This document shows, in pieces, positions 17,151 to 23,062 of a DNA stretch of 23,062 nucleotides. Within the stretch, counting starts at the first letter, position 1. Every line of letters begins with the position of its first letter. The translations under genes were made by a program, and so were the position numbers. Source of the DNA: Candidatus Micrarchaeota archaeon (GTDB taxonomy: Archaea; Micrarchaeota; Micrarchaeia; Anstonellales; Bilamarchaeaceae); NCBI GenBank assembly GCA_041694885.1, contig JBGFRX010000015.1, positions 1 to 23,062 on the forward strand, written 5' to 3'. The notes beneath the pieces are model-generated. The model worked only from the letters and a program-made list of their open reading frames with translations. It was not told the DNA's origin and made no database searches.

Positions 17151-18532
17151 AAATGAAAAAAACCGCATTGGCTTTGATCGTTCTCACGTTTTCGCTTGCA
17201 TTTGCCCAGTCGCAGAGCCAGCAGCAGAAATTCGACGTCATGTTTTCCGCCTATGGCCCTCTTGCAGGCGTAATTCTGCTCATGGGAATATTCCTCACCG
17301 GATTGGTGTACATGTTCGGGAATTTCCTCAGGGACGAGAAAGTGAAGGGATGGGCAAAAACCGAAGCAGTGGAGCTTTTCTATTCAGGAGTCCTTCTTTC
17401 CATAATTTTAGGGGTATATGCGAGCGGCACAGAATTGATGACCGCCTTTGCAGAAGGCATCGATTCCTTCGCGGTAAGCAAAGTGTGCAATAACGACATT
17501 CCATTATTCAGTACGTTTACCGTGAACGGAGCGCGCATTGAATCCGAATCCGGCTATGCACTCCTTCCCTGCCACCTCCGTGTTGCAAAAAATTTCATGG
17601 CATCTGTGTTCTATGAAACAGCGGGCTTCGTAAAGGCAGTAGGAATAACCCATTCATGGTACACTTTCCTCTCCTCCTTTTCCCTGGATTTCTCGCCAAT
17701 GGGAACAACCACGTTCCTTTCAGGCGCGACCTTCACCCATGCAATATTCGGCTTCCTCAATGCGAAGAACAACGCACTTGCATTTCTGTTCGACACCGGG
17801 GTGAAGGTGCTCACCGTGGTGCGCTTCCAGGAAGTGCTGATAAGCTTCATAGGAATAGCACTTTTCCCGGTCCTGCTCACTGCCGGCATTCTTTTGCGCT
17901 CTTTCATGCTCACGCGCAAATTGGGCGGCCTGCTCATGGCACTCGCGCTTTCGCTCTACTTCATCTACCCCATCTTCTTCATATTCGGAGACAGCATCTA
18001 CAACAATGTGGCTGCGCTCAATTATGCCTCCTCAATTCCTGAAGATGAGAGGAGCGTTCTTACAAAAACATCCGTTGACCTGAGCATGCTTCCCTCCAAA
18101 ATCAAGGATGACCCCAACTACGAGGAGCAGTACAAGGTGCTGACCGAACTCTCGGGCAGTGAAGGCATATCAGAGAAATTCCTGAGCCAGCTCGGCGTGC
18201 TAACCTCTACCTCAAACTGCAAGGACACCGCAACGTTCGAGGAGGACCACAGGAACGACGACACTACGAGCATACTGGATTATTTCGGGACTAAAAACGA
18301 TCTTCTCGGCAAGTGGCTCAGCTCCACATATTCCAAAGGCGGGGTGGGTGGATACCATGTTAACCAGAGTTTTTCCTCCATACTTGCAGGCATAGACGCG
18401 CTCGCAAAAGCGCTATTCTTCTCAATGTTCTTCTCCTTCCTTTCCATCTTCGCCACTGTCGCAGCAGTGAAATCCCTTTCACCCATGTTAGGCGGCGACG
18501 TGGAGATAGCCGGTTTGACTCACCTTATATGA
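17147..18532 (+). CDS. Uncharacterised polytopic membrane protein with a Sec-type signal peptide, array paralog 3 of 6
   Basis: MKMKKTALALIVLTFSLAFA/Q; LVYMFGNFLRDEKVKGWAKTEAVELFYS; AGILLRSFMLTRKLGGLLMALALSLYFIYPI; C-terminus LGGDVEIAGLTHLI. Confidence 0.87.
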   Translation: MKMKKTALALIVLTFSLAFAQSQSQQQKFDVMFSAYGPLAGVILLMGIFLTGLVYMFGNFLRDEKVKGWAKTEAVELFYSGVLLSIILGVYASGTELMTAFAEGIDSFAVSKVCNNDIPLFSTFTVNGARIESESGYALLPCHLRVAKNFMASVFYETAGFVKAVGITHSWYTFLSSFSLDFSPMGTTTFLSGATFTHAIFGFLNAKNNALAFLFDTGVKVLTVVRFQEVLISFIGIALFPVLLTAGILLRSFMLTRKLGGLLMALALSLYFIYPIFFIFGDSIYNNVAALNYASSIPEDERSVLTKTSVDLSMLPSKIKDDPNYEEQYKVLTELSGSEGISEKFLSQLGVLTSTSNCKDTATFEEDHRNDDTTSILDYFGTKNDLLGKWLSSTYSKGGVGGYHVNQSFSSILAGIDALAKALFFSMFFSFLSIFATVAAVKSLSPMLGGDVEIAGLTHLI

Positions 18533-18539
18533 GGGAAAA

Positions 18540-19727
18540 ATGATGAATACGAACGCCAGAATGATGTTTGTCTTTCTTCTGTTCGTGCTCAGTTCGCACG
18601 CTGATAGTTCATCCTGTATCCCGGGCTTCGAATCTGACCCGTTGTGCAGGATGCAGTACAACAATGAGATCGCGCTAACTGAACTGTTCAACGACGCGAC
18701 CAAAGCGCTCAGGGAGAACGAGAACCTGAACCTGATGAAGGAATGCACCGCCTCATCGGACATAAACAGCTTCGCCGCCTCGATGATAACCAATTCCTTC
18801 CTGGCGATATTCATAGTTGCGATGGCAGTGGCGCTGCTTTACATAGCAGGAAACTTTTTCTCTTTGCCCAATGTGCTCGCGATGGCAAAGCAGGAATTAA
18901 ACGAGCTCTTCATTACCGCGATAATCGCAGTGTTCCTTATAGGCGTACTGAGCTCCTCCACGCTGGTGCAGTCAATTTTCGGTATCAACCTTTTCGACGA
19001 GGCGACGAACTACAGCTACAAGATGCTCTACAAAATAAGCAGCATGTCAGGTGCAATGATAAGCGCAAACATCCTACTCAACTCCATATACTCTCTTTTC
19101 GTGCCTATCGGCCCGATAAGGATGGCCATGACCATCCAGCTTGGGCCAGCGCTGAGGCCGCTCATAGACGCAGTTTCGTTCTCCCTCCAATTCCTGATAA
19201 CGACCTACGGTGAATGGAGCGTGTTCGTATTCATGTTCTGCTTCATACAGAAATGGTTCATGCCCTTCTTCTTCCCAGCTGGCCTTTTCCTGCGCGCATT
19301 CCCGCAGACGCGCGGAGGGGGAAATGCGATACTGGGGATCGCAATAGCGCTTTCCACGATATATCCACTCATGTTCTACATCGGCTCGAGAATTTACTCA
19401 GTGCAGTTCCCGGAGAGCACGTTCGGCACGATTGAGCACTATTTCAGGGAAGCGGTGTTCGCGATTTTCGGCCAGCTCAGCATGGGCGGAATTCTGTCGC
19501 TTTTCGGTGCATTCACCTTGATTTACAGCTCGCCGGTGATGATTTCCGCGATACTCCTCATCGTGTACATGTTTTTGGACATGATGAAGGACCTGGTACA
19601 TCTCATAATAATATTCAGCATCCTCCTGCCGGTATTGAATATCTTCGTAACGCTCGTATTCGCGAGGGAGGTCGCGAAAATGCTCGGCACGGAAATAAAC
19701 ATAAGTGCGTTCGCGAAACTCATATGA
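18540..19727 (+). CDS. Uncharacterised polytopic membrane protein with a probable signal peptide, array paralog 4 of 6
   Basis: MMNTNARMMFVFLLFVLSSHA/D; LLYIAGNFFSLPNVLAMAKQELNELFIT; AGLFLRAFPQTRGGGNAILGIAIALSTIYPL; C-terminus LGTEINISAFAKLI. GAGGG precedes the ATG. Confidence 0.87.
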   Translation: MMNTNARMMFVFLLFVLSSHADSSSCIPGFESDPLCRMQYNNEIALTELFNDATKALRENENLNLMKECTASSDINSFAASMITNSFLAIFIVAMAVALLYIAGNFFSLPNVLAMAKQELNELFITAIIAVFLIGVLSSSTLVQSIFGINLFDEATNYSYKMLYKISSMSGAMISANILLNSIYSLFVPIGPIRMAMTIQLGPALRPLIDAVSFSLQFLITTYGEWSVFVFMFCFIQKWFMPFFFPAGLFLRAFPQTRGGGNAILGIAIALSTIYPLMFYIGSRIYSVQFPESTFGTIEHYFREAVFAIFGQLSMGGILSLFGAFTLIYSSPVMISAILLIVYMFLDMMKDLVHLIIIFSILLPVLNIFVTLVFAREVAKMLGTEINISAFAKLI

Positions 19728-19751
19728 GGTTTATGCGATGATGAGATTCAA

Positions 19752-20822
19752 GTGATGATGATGGGATTTTATCTTCCTGAGTTCGTTCCTTTGATGGACA
19801 CGTTCGTGTGCAGGGGCGGGTTCAGCGAGGGCATTTTCGCGTACGGAGGAAGCGCATGGATAGGCACCTCGCTCGTAGCCCTTGCCGCAACTGCCGCGAT
19901 AATATCATTCCTTTACCTTCTCGCCTCGATTTTCCAGAACCAGCAGGCACTCGCAGCGCTGAAAATGGACGTATACGAGTTTGCGGTCACCATCGCGATA
20001 TTCGTAGTGCTGTTCATGATGCTCGAAGGGATGTGCAGCGTGAAGACCGGCTGGGTTTTTCCAGATGCAGGGCAAAAAACATTCGGAACAGGGACTTTCA
20101 CGAGCTGGGCTGACAAAAGCATATACTATTCGGCAACCAACTACCTCATGGATTTTGCGGACTATTCATTGTGGATAATGAACATGCAGTATGCCGTTTA
20201 CATGGGCGTGGACTGGCTCACCACGATGGAGATAACCTCGGTGCCAATGGGTTTGGGAGCGACGCTCAAGCCCACCTCAGGACTTGGAGCGGTGATTAAG
20301 CCGGTACTGAATAATGCGTTCAGCGCTGAAACAATAGGGGTGATAACAGCTGAGGCACAGGCATACGTGATGGACTTCGGGACTTATGGAATGCTCAAAT
20401 ACTTCCTTCCTCTGGGGCTTGTACTGCGCAGCTTCATTCCTACGCGGCGTATAGGCGGCACGCTCATCGCTCTTACGTGCGTCTTCCTTTTCATCTACCC
20501 CCTTCTCGTAATCCCCACATACATGGTCGTGAACGATTCCCTGCTCGGAACCATCGACTACCTCAAAGGCGCGGATTCCGCCGGGGTTTTTGGTGCGACC
20601 AGCGCATTCAATATCTTCCTTGAGTTCTACCTCAAATACCTGTGGGGGCCTAACTTCCTGCTCACCTATTCGCTCATGATGATGCCCGCAATCGCGAAGA
20701 TATTCTTCGGGGGGGTGTTCATGCCGCTCTTCAACACCATAATACTCGTGACGTTCGCGCGCTACCTTTCGAAAACATTGGGGGAAGAGATAGACATAAC
20801 GAACCTGACGAGAATGATATGA
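19752..20822 (+). CDS. Uncharacterised polytopic membrane protein, array paralog 5 of 6
   Basis: FLYLLASIFQNQQALAALKMDVYEFAVT; LGLVLRSFIPTRRIGGTLIALTCVFLFIYPL; C-terminus LGEEIDITNLTRMI. Exact start is uncertain (19752-19761 or 19794). Confidence 0.85.
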   Translation: MMMMGFYLPEFVPLMDTFVCRGGFSEGIFAYGGSAWIGTSLVALAATAAIISFLYLLASIFQNQQALAALKMDVYEFAVTIAIFVVLFMMLEGMCSVKTGWVFPDAGQKTFGTGTFTSWADKSIYYSATNYLMDFADYSLWIMNMQYAVYMGVDWLTTMEITSVPMGLGATLKPTSGLGAVIKPVLNNAFSAETIGVITAEAQAYVMDFGTYGMLKYFLPLGLVLRSFIPTRRIGGTLIALTCVFLFIYPLLVIPTYMVVNDSLLGTIDYLKGADSAGVFGATSAFNIFLEFYLKYLWGPNFLLTYSLMMMPAIAKIFFGGVFMPLFNTIILVTFARYLSKTLGEEIDITNLTRMI

Positions 20823-20823
20823 T

Positions 20824-20865
20824 GAAAACAGGAAAACGAAACAGGAAACAGGAAACGGGGAACTG
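20824..20865 (+). repeat. Heptamer tandem repeat (6 units) between paralogs 5 and 6
   Basis: GAAAACA GGAAAAC GAAACAG GAAACAG GAAACGG GGAACTG fills almost the entire intergenic gap. Confidence 0.65.
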
Positions 20866-20867
20866 AT

Positions 20868-21866
20868 ATGGACTGGCAGGTTCTTGCTCTGATGGCCGCG
20901 TTCGCTTCCGTGATGGTAGCTGCGCTTCTGATAATGTTCTCCCGTTTTTTCGACTTCAAGATGCTCGAGCAGGCAGGAAAGGCGGAGTTGGTGTTCGCTG
21001 CGAGCGCGGTTCTCGTGACGCTTTTCCTGATAGCAGCAGTGCAGTACGGAACAGATGCCGGAAAGTCAATCGCCGCGCAGATGTACGAATACACTTACAA
21101 ACACGCGGGCTATTTGCACTACAGGGACTCAGGCGGAGTTGAGCAGGAGCTCACTTCCGCGATGTTCACGAGCAACCAGTACTCACTGATAGACATAATG
21201 ATTTTGTATATGGATTCGGTGATGTACTGCGCAGAAGATATAGGCGCATGGACATTCAGGATAAGTTTGTTCGCGCACCAAATCTCCTCCATTTCACAGG
21301 ACGTGTTCATGGCTTTCCCCATGAGCGGCTGGGCGTGGGGCGGCCTTGCGCAAGTGTGCGACAATCTCCTGAACACGGTCTATTTCATGGAGCTGATTTT
21401 CTATATCCAGAAGTACGTATTGAGGTTCATGGACGCATATGCGCTTTCCATCTTCCTGCCGCTTGGAATAGTGATGCGCGCATTTCCGCCCACGCGCGGC
21501 GCAGGCGCCTACGTGATTTCGTTCTCACTTGCAATTTACATTGTTTATCCGCTCGCCTACCTTGCCGTGATATTCTCCTCGCCTTACCCGAACCTGTGTG
21601 CAACGCCCCAGATTCCCGAGCCATCTTTGGGAGAAAATGCAAAAGCCGGGATTTTTTCGGAATTGCGGATGTGGTACCGCGCATTCGAGGGGGGGATATT
21701 GGATCTTATAGGAAAATTCTCGGACCTCACCAATGCGCTGCTCGTGAATCTCTGCTTCTTCCCAGTTGTCGCGCTCGCGATTGCGATGACGTTCACGCAG
21801 GGTGCGAGCGGCATTTTCGGGGCGAACATTCCAGAAGTGGGAAGAGGGCTCATCAAACTAATTTGA
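20868..21866 (+). CDS. Uncharacterised polytopic membrane protein, array paralog 6 of 6
   Basis: LLIMFSRFFDFKMLEQAGKAELVFAAS; LGIVMRAFPPTRGAGAYVISFSLAIYIVYPL; C-terminus FGANIPEVGRGLIKLI. Confidence 0.85.
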   Translation: MDWQVLALMAAFASVMVAALLIMFSRFFDFKMLEQAGKAELVFAASAVLVTLFLIAAVQYGTDAGKSIAAQMYEYTYKHAGYLHYRDSGGVEQELTSAMFTSNQYSLIDIMILYMDSVMYCAEDIGAWTFRISLFAHQISSISQDVFMAFPMSGWAWGGLAQVCDNLLNTVYFMELIFYIQKYVLRFMDAYALSIFLPLGIVMRAFPPTRGAGAYVISFSLAIYIVYPLAYLAVIFSSPYPNLCATPQIPEPSLGENAKAGIFSELRMWYRAFEGGILDLIGKFSDLTNALLVNLCFFPVVALAIAMTFTQGASGIFGANIPEVGRGLIKLI

Positions 21867-21874
21867 TTTATAAA
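21867..21874 (+). promoter_or_regulatory. Putative TATA box for a leaderless HARP transcript
   Basis: TTTATAAA begins 29 nt upstream of ATG 21896, and no Shine-Dalgarno sequence lies in between. Confidence 0.55.
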
Positions 21875-21895
21875 ATTAACTCCCCTATCTTCCGC

Positions 21896-22453
21896 ATGCG
21901 CAAATTCGTGATCGACATGGGCGTTTTCGTGAACCCGCAAGTGCACAAGGCATTCGGGGCCGATCCGAAAAAAGCGGTTTCGGGCTTCGTGAAAATGGTC
22001 TCGAAGAAAAAGAACTGCGAATTCTACATGCCTGACAGCGTATTCAGGGAACTCGGTAATTTCGTCGGAACGCTGAACCCGAAACTGGAAACAGTGGTGA
22101 AGAGGCGCTCTCCCAATATTTACGCAATCTATCTTCCTGCGGCAGTTCTGTATGATTTCATAGATGACATAAGGGCGCGCATAAACAAGGGCCTCCGCCT
22201 TGCGGAGGATTTCGCGCGCAACAACAAGCCGGACAATGCGGAAAAGCTCAAAAAGTTGAGGGAAAAATACAAAGAGGCGATGCGTGCAGGGATTCTGGAC
22301 AGTAAGGAGGACTTCGAACTGGTGCTGCTCGCAAAGGAGCTCGAGGCGACGCTGGTGAGCGCTGATGAAGGTGTTTTGGTTTTCGGTAACAAAATCGGCT
22401 GCGAGATTCTGCACGCTTCCAAATTAAAAAGCGTGCTCTCGCGAAAGAATTAA
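21896..22453 (+). CDS. RNA-free (protein-only) RNase P, HARP / Aq_880 / UPF0278 PIN-domain family
   Basis: KFVID, FYMPDSVFREL, RSPN...PAAVLYDFIDDIRARINKGLRLAE, LREKYKEAMRAGILDSKEDFELVLLAKELEATLVSADEG; 185 aa from ATG 21896. Confidence 0.92.
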   Translation: MRKFVIDMGVFVNPQVHKAFGADPKKAVSGFVKMVSKKKNCEFYMPDSVFRELGNFVGTLNPKLETVVKRRSPNIYAIYLPAAVLYDFIDDIRARINKGLRLAEDFARNNKPDNAEKLKKLREKYKEAMRAGILDSKEDFELVLLAKELEATLVSADEGVLVFGNKIGCEILHASKLKSVLSRKN

Positions 22454-22531
22454 TCCAATCCATGAGCCCGTAGAGCCCTTGGGAATTTCACAAACAATTT
22501 AATTGTATGCACATAATAGTGTTCGATGCGA

Positions 22532-23062
22532 ATGGCAAAAGGCATTCTCTTAACAAATCCAAATTCGAAACCGAATAAGAAACTATTGGACAAACTGAGC
22601 AAACTCTCGTTTTCTTACACTGGCCTCAAGTACCCGGAAGTACTCCTTCTTTTCAAAGGAAAACTGGCAACCATCGCCTCTATCTATGGGATTTCCGAGA
22701 AGCTGAGAAAAAGAAAGAGCAGGAAGGCAAAGGAACTTGCGGAAAGCATAAAGGCCATAATGGCGCACGCTGACTTTGCAAAACCAGAAAAAGGAGCGAT
22801 GAAGCCACATACCAAAAAAAGCAGCATAAACACGCTTGGAATGAAAGAACGTGCCGAGCTTCTTCAGCAGGAAACAGCAGTAACTTCGAAACCATCGTTG
22901 TGGAAGCGCGCAAAATTGCGCATCAAGGAAAAAAAATTGAATGAAAACGAGAGGATTTATCTAAAAACCATTCTCGCAAAACTCGGCCTCGATGATTCGA
23001 GGCAAAACCTCGTAAATATCAAAGATGTTCTCGACATTTTTGGAATATGGGGCGATATCAGA
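22532..23062 (+). CDS. 3'-truncated basic hypothetical protein (absent from the ORF track)
   Basis: Open for 177 codons to the window edge: MAKGILLTNPNSKPNKKLLDKLSKLSFSYTG...DVLDIFGIWGDIR. An in-frame ATG also occurs at 22526. TTTAAT within the palindrome ACAATT-T-AATTGT (22494-22506) lies upstream. Confidence 0.65.
   Translation, partial: MAKGILLTNPNSKPNKKLLDKLSKLSFSYTGLKYPEVLLLFKGKLATIASIYGISEKLRKRKSRKAKELAESIKAIMAHADFAKPEKGAMKPHTKKSSINTLGMKERAELLQQETAVTSKPSLWKRAKLRIKEKKLNENERIYLKTILAKLGLDDSRQNLVNIKDVLDIFGIWGDIR

Noticed and set aside
14926..21866. Array proteins as ABC/MFS transporter permeases or as type IV pilins
   Set aside because: No EAA loop, MFS motif A, linked ABC ATPase or class III signal peptide is visible.
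21248..21895. Apparent 401-aa ORF making HARP an N-terminally extended fusion
   Set aside because: The extension overlaps paralog 6 in another frame and reads like shadow sequence. HARP homology begins at ATG 21896, which has its own TATA box.
195..22913. Numerous 60-280 aa overlapping or antisense ORFs in the track (e.g. 5596-6321, 10056-10754, 13400-14203, 21584-22414)
   Set aside because: They lie on top of well-supported genes, lack motifs, and are expected shadow frames at this GC content.

Overview
Archaeal chromosomal window of roughly 50% GC (estimated by eye). The archaeal-type LeuRS, MCM, ApgM, Trm5 and class III prepilin, plus the compact gene packing, suggest a DPANN lineage such as Micrarchaeota; this taxonomy is an inference. 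From left to right: the tail of a type IV pilus locus (truncated charged protein, two TadC/FlaJ-family platform proteins, a class III signal-peptide pilin); apgM divergent from mcm and a presenilin-type GxGD protease; a minus-strand run of leuS, trm5 and the bacterial-type carboxy(nor)spermidine dehydrogenase/decarboxylase pair; a 6.9-kb tandem array of six divergent paralogous polytopic membrane proteins (14926-21866); a protein-only RNase P (HARP); and a truncated ORF missing from the ORF track. The six-gene array is the best candidate for an undescribed system. All six share an N-terminal hydrophobic hairpin and a G-x-x-L-R-x-F-x-x-T-R-x-x-G...Y-P motif, and five share an extreme C-terminal G-x-E-(I/V)...L-x-K-L-I tail. 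This architecture recalls CedA/VirB6-type channel subunits. A dispersed family of 7-bp tandem repeats (GRAACNN) occurs at four sites, two of them inside coding sequence. No RNA genes, CRISPR arrays or mobile elements were recognised.
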